A DNA stretch of 64,000 nucleotides, taken from an uncultured Chloroflexia bacterium. Its GTDB lineage: Bacteria; Chloroflexota; Limnocylindria; Limnocylindrales; CSP1-4. The notes beneath the pieces were generated by a model, which made no database searches, was not told the DNA's origin, and saw nothing but the letters and a program-made list of their open reading frames with translations. Shown piece by piece: positions 1 to 9,788 of the stretch (the first letter of the stretch is position 1; each line of letters begins with the position of its first letter). The stretch is taken from assembly GCA_963766735.1 (NCBI GenBank), contig CAVYBU010000007.1, forward strand, positions 224,001 through 288,000, given 5' to 3'. The translations under genes were made by a program, and so were the position numbers.

Positions 1-652
1 CCCAGCCACGGCGGTGGCACTCCGCCAGGAAGCCCCAGATCAGATCGTTGTTCTCGTTGCTGAACGTGAAGTAGCTGCCACCCAGCTCGGGCATGCCCAG
101 GCGCCCGACGATCATCTCCACCGTGTCGGTGACGGGACCGTCGGGGCCCTCCACCGTGATCACCCGGGTCGGGTCCGCCTTCAGCAGGTCCCGCAGGCGC
201 AGGAGCTCCTTGGGGTCGTTCCAGTCCATCCAGTAGCCGAGACGGATGCTCTGCTCGGTCTGGCGGGCAGCGAAGGTCAGGACGCGCTGCTTGCACAGGG
301 CAACGAACTCCGCGATCCCGAAGCTCTCGATGTCCCGCTTGGACGTGAAGCCCAGGTCCTTCTCCACGTTGACCTCGACCCACAGGCCCTGGCAGTCGAA
401 GCCGTTCTGGTAGCGCTGGTCCTCGCCAAGCATGGCGTGGAAACGCTGGTAGAGGTCCTTGTAGGTCCTGCCCCAGGCGTGGTGCACGCCCATCGGGTTG
501 TTCGCGGTGATCGGACCATCGAGGAAGCTCCATCGCGGACCGCCGGCGTTCTGCGCCCGGAGGCGGGCGAACGTGCGGCGTTCATCCCACTCGCGGAGCA
601 GGGCGTGCTCCTGGGCGACGAAGTCAGGTCGGGCGGAAACGGGCTGGAACAT
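1..652 (-). CDS. ileS: Isoleucyl-tRNA synthetase, 5' part (runs off the window start)
   Basis: Not in the ORF track. Manual translation from ATG at 652 gives [22 protein letters not shown]...[26 protein letters not shown]...[10 protein letters not shown], the IleRS N-terminus with a variant HIGH motif. Confidence 0.93.
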   Translation of the reverse strand, partial: MFQPVSARPDFVAQEHALLREWDERRTFARLRAQNAGGPRWSFLDGPITANNPMGVHHAWGRTYKDLYQRFHAMLGEDQRYQNGFDCQGLWVEVNVEKDLGFTSKRDIESFGIAEFVALCKQRVLTFAARQTEQSIRLGYWMDWNDPKELLRLRDLLKADPTRVITVEGPDGPVTDTVEMIVGRLGMPELGGSYFTFSNENNDLIWGFLAECHRRGW

Positions 653-856
653 CGGGCCTCGGTGGATCGCCGAACGCGTGAGTGGGCGCGGCGGGCCACC
701 AGTCTACGGAACGGCGGGCCGTCGCGCGTCCGGAGACCCGCTCCGAGGGCGCAACGGGCACGCTGGTACGCGCATCGGGCCGGTTGAGGCACCGCGAGGG
801 CCCCGGCGCGGACCCGCGCGGACCCGGAATCCGACCTCCGCATATCATTCCCGGCG

Positions 857-2683
857 ATGTCGACATCCCAGCAGGCCCCCCGCACGCGCTCCGCGTTCGC
901 CGCGGCCTTCCTGTCCCTCATCTTCCCTGGCCTCGGCCACGCCTACGCGGGCGCGTACGGGCGTGCCCTGGCGTTCGCTGCCGCGCCGCTCCTCTCGCTC
1001 GCGCTGCTGGGTGGGATCGTCCTGCGCGCGGACAAGGTGGACATCCTCGCGTTCGTGATCCAGCAGCCCGTCCTGATCGGCCTGCTCGTCCTCAACGTGA
1101 TCGCGCTCGCCTACCGGATCGTCGCGGCGGTCGACGCGTGGCAGGTCGCCCGCTTCCTGAACGCAATCGATGCGTCCGGCGGTGGGCGTCTCGGGCGCGC
1201 TCGCCTGCCGCTCAGCCCGCTGTCGCTCGCCGGGCTCCTGGCCGTTCTGCTCGTCATGGCCGGCGGTCACTTCGCGGTGGCGCGCTACAACACCCTCGCC
1301 CTCAACCTCGTGGACTGCGTCTTCTCGGAGGAGGGTGACCCCAGCTGCGAAACCGCCGACGCGTCGCCGGATCCGGGCGCCTCCCTCGACCCTGCGGGCT
1401 CAGGAGCCGCGACGTCCGAGCCGGACTCGACCTCCGAGGTGCTGCCCACGCCCGAGGGCACTCCCGGCACCGGCACCCCCGCCCCCACCCTGCCGCCCTG
1501 GGACGGGAAGGAGCGGCTCAACGTCCTTCTCGTCGGCAGCGATCAGCGCAAGGGTGACGCCACCTTCAACACGGACACGATGATCGTGGTGTCCATCGAC
1601 CCCGCGACCGGCCAGGTCGCGATGCTCCAGGTCCCGCGCGACATGGTGGACGTGCCCGTGCCCGCCAACGCCCGGGGCCTCTGGGGCAACGTCTACCGAG
1701 GCAAGATCAACAGCTGGTTCACGCAGAACCGGAACCGGACCGACCTGTGGCCAGGCAAGACGGCTCAGGCGCGCGGGTTCGCGTCGCTCAAGGCGATCCT
1801 GGGCGAGCTCTACGGGCTGGACATCCGCTACTACGTGATGGTGAACTTCGGTGGCTTCAAGGACGTCGTCGACACGCTGGGCGGCGTGCTCGTCAACGTG
1901 CAGATGCCCGTCGCCGAGAGCACCTACCCGATGGGCTCGGGAACTTCCGGGCGGATCTACATCCCCGCCGGCCCCCAGCACATGACCGGGGCCCAGGCGC
2001 TGATCTACGCCCGGTCACGCCACCGATCCACCGATTTCGATCGAGGCCGCCGCCAGCAGAGGGTCCTCATCTCGCTGCGGGACCAGATGAGCGCCCAGGC
2101 GATCATCGCGAACCTGCCGGGACTGGTGGACGCGCTCAAGGGCTCCGTGAAGACCGACGTCAAGACGTCCGACCTGCCCAAGCTGCTCGCCCTGGCCGAG
2201 AGCGTGGACACCAAGAACATCCGCTCGTACGTGTTCGCGCCGAGCCTCTACGCCACCGAGTACCTGACCTCGCCACGCGGCTACATGATCACTCCCAACG
2301 TCCCGCGCATCCGCAAGGCAGTCAAGGAGGCGTTCAGCGTGACCCCGGCGGTGCTCGCCCAGCGGGAACGCCTTGGTGCCGAGACCGCCCGCGCATGGGT
2401 CATCAACGGGTCGGGCCGCAACGGCCTGGCCGCTGACGCAGCCGGCTACTTCGCCTACAACGGCCTGGAGGCGTCGGCCCCGAACAAGCGCACGGATGTG
2501 ATCCCCAAGACAACGGTCGTCGTCTACAACGGCGCCGAGACCGAGATGCCCGAGACGATCGCGTACCTCGAGGAGGTGCTCGGACTCACGGTGACCACGG
2601 CGACCGACCCGGCGGTGACGGTGGACATGATCATCACGCTCGGCAAGGATGCACCGTCGCTCAAGGCACCGGTCATCGGCTGA
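857..2683 (+). CDS. LCP (LytR-CpsA-Psr) family cell-envelope transferase with N-terminal TM helices and a LytR_C-like C-terminal domain
   Basis: Motifs RLNVLLVGSD, NTDTMIVVSID, VPRD, ALIYARSR and DFDRGRRQQ; C-terminal VINGSGRNGLA. Confidence 0.92.
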   Translation: MSTSQQAPRTRSAFAAAFLSLIFPGLGHAYAGAYGRALAFAAAPLLSLALLGGIVLRADKVDILAFVIQQPVLIGLLVLNVIALAYRIVAAVDAWQVARFLNAIDASGGGRLGRARLPLSPLSLAGLLAVLLVMAGGHFAVARYNTLALNLVDCVFSEEGDPSCETADASPDPGASLDPAGSGAATSEPDSTSEVLPTPEGTPGTGTPAPTLPPWDGKERLNVLLVGSDQRKGDATFNTDTMIVVSIDPATGQVAMLQVPRDMVDVPVPANARGLWGNVYRGKINSWFTQNRNRTDLWPGKTAQARGFASLKAILGELYGLDIRYYVMVNFGGFKDVVDTLGGVLVNVQMPVAESTYPMGSGTSGRIYIPAGPQHMTGAQALIYARSRHRSTDFDRGRRQQRVLISLRDQMSAQAIIANLPGLVDALKGSVKTDVKTSDLPKLLALAESVDTKNIRSYVFAPSLYATEYLTSPRGYMITPNVPRIRKAVKEAFSVTPAVLAQRERLGAETARAWVINGSGRNGLAADAAGYFAYNGLEASAPNKRTDVIPKTTVVVYNGAETEMPETIAYLEEVLGLTVTTATDPAVTVDMIITLGKDAPSLKAPVIG

Positions 2684-2720
2684 CGGACCGCGGGCGCCCG
2701 GCCAGCGGCGGACCGCCGCG

Positions 2721-3701
2721 CTACCCCTCGACGGGCGTCAGCCACTCCCGGTACTCGGGCAGGTTCCCGCGCACGGCAGCGAAGTAGCGCTCGCTGATCG
2801 CACGCGACACGGGGCCGAACGCGCCGGTCCCCACGGCGCGATGGTCCACCTCGATCACTGGGCTCACCTGGACGCCGGTCCCGCACAGGAAGGCCTCGTC
2901 GCAGACGTAGAGCTCTGAGCGGTCGATGGACCGGACCTCGACGGACATCCCGGAATCAGTTGCCAGCCGCATGATCGCGCGCCGGGTGACGCCCTCGAGG
3001 ATGTCATCCGACACGGGCGGGGTCAGCAGCACGCCGTCGCGCACGACGAACAGGTTCGCCGCGGAAGCCTCCGAGGCGTGGCCGTCCGGCGTCAGCACCA
3101 GGGCCTCATCAAAGCCGTTGAGCTCCGCCTCCGACTTCTGGAACGCCATGTTGACGTAGCCGCCGACGATCTTGCCGCGGGCAGGCAGAGCCTCGTCCGC
3201 GTTCCGGCGCCACGTGCTGGTCATGAGCCGCACGCCCTTCTCGATGTCGATGTAGTTGCCGAAAGGCGTGGTGATCACGTACAGCTCGTGATCGAGGTGG
3301 TGCAGCCGGACGCCGATCGACTTGCTGCTCTTGTAGAACGACGGCCGGACGTAGACGTCCTCCCGGAACTGGTTGCGGCGGATCGTCTCCAGGATGATCC
3401 CCACCAGCTCGTCCGTGGACGGGAGGCCGTCCATCAGCAGCATCTTCGCGCTGTTGCGGATGCGCTCGGCATGCTCCCGCACGAACAGGGCGTAGAGGAT
3501 CCCCTGCTCGGCGTTCCAGTAGCCGCGGATGCCCTCGAAGGTCGCGGTCCCGTACATGAACGCGTGGGTCATGATGCTGACCTTCGCGTCCCGGAGCGGG
3601 ACGTAGTCGCCCTCGAAATAGGCGATCAGGTCCTCGATCGCGCGTGGCTGGGCGGGCGCCGTCTCGGGCGCCGCGGAGGCGGACGGCTGCTTCGTCAGCA
3701 T
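2721..3701 (-). CDS. ilvE: Branched-chain amino acid aminotransferase
   Basis: Class IV aminotransferase motifs YGTATFEGIRGY, EASAANLF, ILEGVTR and DEAFLCGTG. Confidence 0.92.
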   Translation of the reverse strand: MLTKQPSASAAPETAPAQPRAIEDLIAYFEGDYVPLRDAKVSIMTHAFMYGTATFEGIRGYWNAEQGILYALFVREHAERIRNSAKMLLMDGLPSTDELVGIILETIRRNQFREDVYVRPSFYKSSKSIGVRLHHLDHELYVITTPFGNYIDIEKGVRLMTSTWRRNADEALPARGKIVGGYVNMAFQKSEAELNGFDEALVLTPDGHASEASAANLFVVRDGVLLTPPVSDDILEGVTRRAIMRLATDSGMSVEVRSIDRSELYVCDEAFLCGTGVQVSPVIEVDHRAVGTGAFGPVSRAISERYFAAVRGNLPEYREWLTPVEG

Positions 3702-3846
3702 CGGATCGGCTCCAGGTCGCGTGCGGCGGACAGCCGCGGGGTGCCTCGATTACGGGCCTTGAGTCTAGCATGCGGCCCATCCGTCACGGCGCCCGGGGCT
3801 CGTTGGGGCGGCCCCGCGGACGGGCGTGTCATCGACCTGGGGGCGG

Positions 3847-4911
3847 TCAGCCGGACGGCAGGACACCCGCCAGCGCGAGGCCGACGAGCACCAGGTAGAG
3901 CACGTACAGGGCGCCGCCGACAAGCAGGGACCGGCCGTCGAGACGACCCCGGCGCGCCATCGGGATGAACACCGCGGCGACCGCCAGGAACGCGATCGCG
4001 GCGGACATGAACGCGATAAGCGAGTCCTCCGTCACCCGCCAGCTGTCCGCGGCAAACAGGAGCGCGACGACCGTCGGGATCGCCGACTGGAAGACCATGG
4101 CGCCCGTGATGTTGCCCATCGCCAGGGTGTCCTTGCCCTGCCGGACCCAGATCAGCGAGTTGAACTTCTCCGGGAGCTCCGTCGCGATGGGTGCGATGAC
4201 CAGTGCGAGGAGGATCTCGCTGACGCCGAGTGCTGACGCGAGGCTGTCGACGGAGCCGACGAACAGGAAGGCGCCGCCGACGATGCAGGCAAGGGCGGCG
4301 ATCACCTGCAGGCTCACGATGCGGAGCCGTGGCACGGCGGGGTTGGTGCGCCGGCCAGGCCGGTCCAGGCGCCGGAACCGGAGCGGGGCCAGGTCGTCGG
4401 CATCGACCTCGGCATCGGCCTCGAAATGGCCCTTGACGTACCAGACGTAGATCCCGAGCAGCGCAACGGCGACGACGGTCTTGACCCAGCCCAGCTCGGG
4501 CGGCAGGAATGCCGCGCCGATCGCCAGCCCGTAGGCAAGCACGAAGTAGCGGATGTCATGGACCAGCACGACGGTGTCCACGACCATGCGCGTGCCGGTC
4601 GCCCGTCGGCGACGCCAGGCGATGACGCCCGCCCCGGTGACAAACATCGCGAGGGTCGAGAGCATGAACGGCGCGCCCAGGATGGCCCCGATGCCCACGG
4701 CCTCGGCGCTGTGGGAATCGCTGCTCGAGAACAGGATCGCGATGATCGGAATCATCGTCTCCGGGAGGGCCGTGCCCACGGCGGCGAGCACGGAGCCGAC
4801 GGCGCCCTCGGCGAGCTCGAGCTTGCGCCCGAACCACTCGATGCCGTTCGTGAACAGCTCGGCGCCGAGCAGGATGACCACAAACGCGATCGCGAGGACG
4901 AGCAGGTCCAC
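3847..4911 (-). CDS. Sodium/calcium (cation) antiporter family protein
   Basis: Two alpha-repeat motifs, GTALPE and ATELPE; about 10 TM segments. Confidence 0.85.
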   Translation of the reverse strand: MDLLVLAIAFVVILLGAELFTNGIEWFGRKLELAEGAVGSVLAAVGTALPETMIPIIAILFSSSDSHSAEAVGIGAILGAPFMLSTLAMFVTGAGVIAWRRRRATGTRMVVDTVVLVHDIRYFVLAYGLAIGAAFLPPELGWVKTVVAVALLGIYVWYVKGHFEADAEVDADDLAPLRFRRLDRPGRRTNPAVPRLRIVSLQVIAALACIVGGAFLFVGSVDSLASALGVSEILLALVIAPIATELPEKFNSLIWVRQGKDTLAMGNITGAMVFQSAIPTVVALLFAADSWRVTEDSLIAFMSAAIAFLAVAAVFIPMARRGRLDGRSLLVGGALYVLYLVLVGLALAGVLPSG

Positions 4912-4917
4912 CGGTGG

Positions 4918-5295
4918 CTACCCCGCGAAGCCGAGTGCGACGACGACGGACAGGGCGATGACGCCCAGGATGCCCAGGGCCACGAGGGCCAGTGCCCGGT
5001 CTCCACGCACCGCGAAGGTGATGAACTCGCCGACGACGCGGGCGATGGGCGTCACGATCAGGATGACGATGCCAACCCACAGGAAGCCCTCCGGGCGGAA
5101 GGCCGCGAGGTCGGCGACGAGGGTGCCCGGATTGAACGCAGGAAACGTCCCGGACTCCGGGCTGATGCCGTTGACCGCCATCAGCACCACGCCGATCGCC
5201 AGGAAGGCGACCCCCGTGGCCGCGCCACCCAGCAGGAGCCGGGCGATCACGTGCTCCACGTCCGCGGAGGCCGCGCGTTGCTCGTGGATGGTCAT
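4918..5295 (-). CDS. DUF1634-like small membrane protein
   Basis: Three TM segments with GIVILIVTPIARV; lies directly after a TauE gene, the usual context for this family. Confidence 0.75.
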   Translation of the reverse strand: MTIHEQRAASADVEHVIARLLLGGAATGVAFLAIGVVLMAVNGISPESGTFPAFNPGTLVADLAAFRPEGFLWVGIVILIVTPIARVVGEFITFAVRGDRALALVALGILGVIALSVVVALGFAG

Positions 5296-5297
5296 CG

Positions 5298-6173
5298 TCA
5301 GATGCCCAGGGCCCGGCGCGCCATCTGGAACGCGGTCCAGGTCAGCACGACGACGAACAGGAGGCGGAGAACCCGCACGTCGACCCGATGTGCGACGCGG
5401 GCGCCGACGCTTGCGCCGACGAAGACCCCGATGGCCGTCGGCCCGGCGAGGTATGGGTCCAGGCCGCCGCGGAGCAGGTAGATGATCGCGGAGGCGACGG
5501 CCGTCACCCCGATCATGAGGTTGCTGGTCGCTGTTGCCACGCGCAGCGGCACACCCATCATGAGGTTCATCGTGGGGACGTTGATGATGCCGCCCCCGAC
5601 GCCGAGGAGCGCGGCGATCACCCCGGCTCCCAGCGATGCGAACGAGGCGGGCACGAGCCGCCGGACGTGGTATCCCACCCCATCGAGACGGCCCGCGGGC
5701 TCAGGCCCCGGATCGGCGGCGCCCGGACCGGCGGCGGCGCCCGGACCGGCGGCGAGGTCCCCACCGGTCACGCCAACCGGGTCGGCCCCGTCCGTCGGCG
5801 CACGGGAGGCCTTCAGGCCCGAGCGGCCCATCGACAGGGCCACGTACGCCAGCAGCAGCGCAAACAGGCCGGCGAGGTATCGCTCGGGGATCACGAATGC
5901 CAGGAGCCCTCCGACGAGTGCCCCGGTCGTCGTGAACAGGGCGAGGACCGTGCCCAGCCGCAGGTTGGCAACCCGGCCCTTCAGATACGCGCCCGCGGCC
6001 GCGCTGGACGTGACGATCACGCACACCAGCGAGACCGCCACCGCTTCACGGATCGGACGCCCGAACCCCAGTGTCAACAGCGGCACGATGAGGATGCCGC
6101 CGCCCAGTCCCAGGAGCGACCCGAAGACACCCGCCGCGACACCGCCGACGACCAGGACGAGACCCACGATCAC
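5298..6173 (-). CDS. TauE/SafE sulfite exporter family membrane protein
   Basis: Duplicated GLGGG/GVGGG motifs and ATATSNLMIGVT. Confidence 0.88.
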   Translation of the reverse strand: MIVGLVLVVGGVAAGVFGSLLGLGGGILIVPLLTLGFGRPIREAVAVSLVCVIVTSSAAAGAYLKGRVANLRLGTVLALFTTTGALVGGLLAFVIPERYLAGLFALLLAYVALSMGRSGLKASRAPTDGADPVGVTGGDLAAGPGAAAGPGAADPGPEPAGRLDGVGYHVRRLVPASFASLGAGVIAALLGVGGGIINVPTMNLMMGVPLRVATATSNLMIGVTAVASAIIYLLRGGLDPYLAGPTAIGVFVGASVGARVAHRVDVRVLRLLFVVVLTWTAFQMARRALGI

Positions 6174-6233
6174 CGGAGCGGCACCGGATGCGGGGCTGTT
6201 CCGCGATGGCCGGCGACGCGACGCGTCACTGCG

Positions 6234-6497
6234 TCAGGGGCGAAGGTGCTGGGGAGCGTACGGGAGCAGGGCGACGTGTCGGGCGCGCTTGAGCGCGACC
6301 GACAGCTCGCGCTGGTGCGCGGCGCAGGTCCCGGTCTTCCGGCGCGGCTCGATCTTGGCGCGCTCGGACAGGTACCGGCGGAGGCGGTTGACCTCCTTGT
6401 AGTCGATGATGGCCGTCTTGTCGGCGCAGAAGGAACAGACCTTCCGGCGCCGGCGATCGCGGTACATGTCGTCGCGCTTCTTCATCCTGGGGGGCAT
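6234..6497 (-). CDS. rpsR: 30S ribosomal protein S18 (zinc-ligand form)
   Basis: [21 protein letters not shown] and ALLPY. Confidence 0.97.
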   Translation of the reverse strand: MPPRMKKRDDMYRDRRRRKVCSFCADKTAIIDYKEVNRLRRYLSERAKIEPRRKTGTCAAHQRELSVALKRARHVALLPYAPQHLRP

Positions 6498-6562
6498 GGC
6501 TCAGGTCTCCTGGGTGGTGGCGGGACGTGCCCGCCGGGGCGGCCGTCGGCCGCGGGAGGGTC

Positions 6563-7051
6563 TCAGAACGGGAGGTCGTCGAGGTCGTCGTCGCGAGGGG
6601 CCGCTGGACGGGTTGGGCGCACATTCTCGCCGCCGGCCGGGGAGTCGCCACCGCCGGGGCCGGCGCCGGAGAACCCACCAGACGGGGCGGAGAATGAACC
6701 GCCGCCCTCCTCGTCGCGGACACGCGCCTCGAGACTGATGACGTTGTCGGCGGTGATCTCGAGGGAGGTCCGCTTCTGCCCGTCACGGGCCTCGTACTCG
6801 CGGGTCCGGAATCGACCCTCCACGAACACCTTGTTGCCCTTGCGGAACTGTTCCGCCGTCCGCTCGGCGCGATCGCCCCAGACGGTGACGCGGAACCAGT
6901 CAGTCGCTTCGATCCACTCGCCGGTCTGCTGGTTCTTCGTGCTCTGGTTGACCGCCACGCTGAACTCCGTCACCGGACGGCCGCTCGGCGTGTAGCGCAT
7001 CTCGGGATCACGCCCGAGGTTGCCGATGATCATGGCCTTCGAGAACGCCAT
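6563..7051 (-). CDS. ssb: Single-stranded DNA-binding protein
   Basis: Start taken at MAFSKAMIIGNLGRDPEMRYT (ATG 7051); acidic DDLPF tail. Confidence 0.96.
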   Translation of the reverse strand: MAFSKAMIIGNLGRDPEMRYTPSGRPVTEFSVAVNQSTKNQQTGEWIEATDWFRVTVWGDRAERTAEQFRKGNKVFVEGRFRTREYEARDGQKRTSLEITADNVISLEARVRDEEGGGSFSAPSGGFSGAGPGGGDSPAGGENVRPTRPAAPRDDDLDDLPF

Positions 7052-7067
7052 CTCCGGCTCTCCTCGC

Positions 7068-7529
7068 TCAGTCGATGGCCGCGGGGGCGGCTTCGCTTTC
7101 GGACTCGTCGATGCGCTCGACGGCCTCCTCGTCCTCCTCGTCCTCCTCAGACGGGGTGGCCGGGACCTCCGCGTCGGCATCCTCGGCATCTTCGGCATCC
7201 GTGGCATCGCCGGCGGCCGCGGAATCGCGGCGAACCTTCACGGGCTTGATCGCCCGCGTGACGAGGTACCGGAGCACATCCTCGGTGATCTGGAGGCTTC
7301 GCTCGAGCTCGGCGATGGCCTCGGCCGGGGCCTCGAAGACCACGATGTGGTACGAGCCATCCCGGTGGCGGTCGATGGGATACGCGAGGCGCCGACGGCC
7401 CCAGGGCGCGACCTTGACGATCTGCCCGCCCGAGGCGACGACATGACGCGTGGTGCGGTCGATGACCGCGGCGGCCCGCTCATCCGGCGCATCCGGCCGG
7501 AGGACGAGCATGAGTTCATAGCGGCGCAT
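7068..7529 (-). CDS. rpsF: 30S ribosomal protein S6 with a long acidic tail
   Basis: MRRYELMLVLRPD and WGRRRLAYPI; rpsF-ssb-rpsR order; GGAG RBS upstream. Confidence 0.96.
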   Translation of the reverse strand: MRRYELMLVLRPDAPDERAAAVIDRTTRHVVASGGQIVKVAPWGRRRLAYPIDRHRDGSYHIVVFEAPAEAIAELERSLQITEDVLRYLVTRAIKPVKVRRDSAAAGDATDAEDAEDADAEVPATPSEEDEEDEEAVERIDESESEAAPAAID

Positions 7530-7603
7530 GGCCTGCTCTACTCCTTCCAATGGGATCTGCCCCGCTGACGGCATGCCGATGCGGAGCCGAAAGGACGGCC
7601 GGA

Positions 7604-7612
7604 GGATACCAC
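7604..7612 (-). promoter_or_regulatory. Extended -10 promoter element (TGgTATCCT) for rpsF-ssb-rpsR
   Basis: The same aggataccac string lies upstream of tRNA-Phe at about 12705-12713. Confidence 0.55.
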
Positions 7613-7706
7613 GGGAGCTGACCGACGGCTCCGTGGCGAACCCTCCGGGCGCCGGAGAGGAATCCCGGAAGAACCGCCGCTCCGTGTATTCTCAGAGTGT
7701 CCAGCC

Positions 7707-8942
7707 GTGCCCGCATACAGGGGACCCGTGCAACTCTCGATCCTCGTCCTTGCGACCGACCGCGTTGCCGCCGATGCGCTCGCGGGGGCTCTCACCGCAC
7801 CCGGCCACGGCGTCACCATCGTGTCGCGACCGGCCGAGCTCCTCGCCGCCGCGCACGGCTACAGCCTGGTCATCATCGACCGGGTTCCACCCGGGACAAC
7901 CGTCGCGAACGTCGTGGCATCACTACGCGCAGACCCGGACGCGGCGGGAGTGCCGGTGCTTGCCGTCGCGCAGTCGAGCGACCTGGAGGAGCGGATCGCC
8001 CTGCTCGAGGCCGACGCGGACGACGTCATCACCAAGCCGTTCGACAACGTGGAGCTCTGCGGCCGCGTGGAAGCCCTTGCCCTGCACTTCCAGCGGACAG
8101 GAATCCGCGGAGCGGGCGGTGCCGCGATCGGGGGAACCGACGGACGCCGGGTCGTTGCCGTGTACAGCCCGAAGGGCGGCGTCGGCGCCACCACGATCGC
8201 GATCAACCTCGCGCTCATCGCGGCAGAGCGAAACCCCAACAAGACGCTGATCATCGACCTGGACCTCTCGTTCGGCCAGGTTGCTTCGCACCTCAACCTG
8301 CAGCCCAAGCAGTCCCTGTTGGAGCTGGTGCGGGACGATGGTGCGCTGCACGAGGCGGAGCTGTTCCGGACCTACCCGGTCCAGCATCCCAGCGGCGTCC
8401 ACGTCCTGGCCGCACCGCCAACGCCCGGGTTCGCGTCGCTCGTCACGGGCGATCACATCGAGCTGGTGATCACCCGCGCCCTCGAGGCGTACGACGTGGT
8501 CATCGTGGATGCGGGCGCCTCGCTTGATGACCGGATGCTGACCATCTTCAGCCGCTCGGACACCGTGATCGTGCCCGTGCTTCCCGAGATCCCGGCCCTC
8601 AATGCCGTCCACCTGCTGCTCGACCAGATCACGGAGACCGGCGCCGTCGGTGGAACGACGCTGTTCGTGCTCAACAACGCGTTCGCGCGCGACCTGCTCA
8701 AGCGCTCGGACGTGGAGGCCGCCCTGGGCGCAAAGATCACCGCAGACCTTCCCTACGACCCGATGGTGTACCTCAAGGCCGTGAACGAGGGCAACCCGGT
8801 GGTGCGCGGCGCCCCCAAGTCCCTGCCGGCCCAGCGTCTGCGGGCGCTCGCGGACATCGTCTTCGGCAAGGACCGCACGGCCACCCCTGCCACCGCCGAG
8901 GCCCCGAAGGAGAAGCGCGGCCTGTTCGGCCGGCGTCAATGA
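7707..8942 (+). CDS. cpaE: CpaE/TadZ-like pilus assembly protein (receiver domain plus MinD/ParA-type ATPase)
   Basis: N-terminal REC domain (ADDVITKPF), deviant Walker A SPKGGVGATT, DLDLSFG and amphipathic GLFGRR tail. The start may instead be GTG at 7728. Confidence 0.8.
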   Translation: MPAYRGPVQLSILVLATDRVAADALAGALTAPGHGVTIVSRPAELLAAAHGYSLVIIDRVPPGTTVANVVASLRADPDAAGVPVLAVAQSSDLEERIALLEADADDVITKPFDNVELCGRVEALALHFQRTGIRGAGGAAIGGTDGRRVVAVYSPKGGVGATTIAINLALIAAERNPNKTLIIDLDLSFGQVASHLNLQPKQSLLELVRDDGALHEAELFRTYPVQHPSGVHVLAAPPTPGFASLVTGDHIELVITRALEAYDVVIVDAGASLDDRMLTIFSRSDTVIVPVLPEIPALNAVHLLLDQITETGAVGGTTLFVLNNAFARDLLKRSDVEAALGAKITADLPYDPMVYLKAVNEGNPVVRGAPKSLPAQRLRALADIVFGKDRTATPATAEAPKEKRGLFGRRQ

Positions 8943-9020
8943 CGCGGGGAGTCGGGTCCGGCCCGATCGGCCGCTAGTGCCGAGGGCGACGCCCGAGGTC
9001 ATGCGGGGTCGCTGCGCCCC

Positions 9021-9100
9021 CGCGTGACGCACCTGCGCCCCGTATGACGCACCTGCGCCCCGTATGACGCACCTGCGCCCCGTATGACGCACCTGCGCCC
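9021..9100. repeat. 20-bp tandem repeat x4 (CGTATGACGCACCTGCGCCC)
   Basis: Three perfect copies at 9041-9100 and one near-perfect copy at 9021-9040, with no spacers. Confidence 0.95.
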
Positions 9101-9148
9101 TGCCGGCGGGGCCGGCAGGGCGCAGAAGGACGCAAGGGCGCTCAGCTG

Positions 9149-9788
9149 TCAGTCGTCTCCTTCACCCCCGCCATCGTCGTGGTCACCGTCATGGCCGTCG
9201 TCATGGCCGTCGTGGTCACCGTCATGGCCGTCGTGGTCACCTTCGGCGTCGTCGCGCTCGCCGTCGTGGTTCGACTGCGTGCGTTGCGGCCTGGCATGCT
9301 CGGTCACGCTCTTCGGTGCGTGGTCCGTGCTCGTGGCGTCCTTGGCCTGGCTACCGTCTTCCGCCTCGTCGTCGGTATCGCAGTCCTGCTCGTCGGCCTC
9401 GTTCTGGCTCATCGGCCCGTCTCGTCGGCCTCGTTCTGTCGTCGGCCTCGTTCTGGTCATCGGCTTCGCCCTGATCGTCATCGCTGCAGGAGGCAGCCGG
9501 CACCTGGGCCGGGACCACCGCCTGGGTCACCAGGGTCACCTCGGTCGCGTCGGTGGCGTCCGTCGCCTCGGGCGTTTCGGCCCCGCCCCCCGTGTCGAGC
9601 GCGTCAGACGCCTCCTCGGTGTCGGGAGTCTCGGCCGCGCCGGTGGCCTCGAATGCGGCTGTCGTCGCGTCCACGTGTCGCAGGTCCGGGTTCACCAACC
9701 CGACCGTCGCGAATGTCGCGCCCGCGACGAGCAGGATCGAGACGCCAGCCGCCAGGAGGCTTCGCGCGCTCGTTTGGAGATGCCTCAT
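9149..9788 (-). CDS. Secreted acidic, Asp/His-rich low-complexity protein, apparently frameshifted
   Basis: Signal-like N-terminus (MRHLQTSARSLLAAGVSILLVAGATFA) in one frame. QNEADE repeats continue into the DHDGHDGDHD tail in another frame, with indels at about 9400-9440. Confidence 0.65.

Noticed and set aside
653-800. T-box riboswitch upstream of ileS (GGTGG...CCGCG-like string)
   Set aside because: The match to the T-box bulge is imperfect, and a TAGACT -10 at 701-706 leaves only about 40 nt of leader, too short for a T-box.
9021-9100. CRISPR array
   Set aside because: The repeats are contiguous with no spacers, and there are no cas genes.
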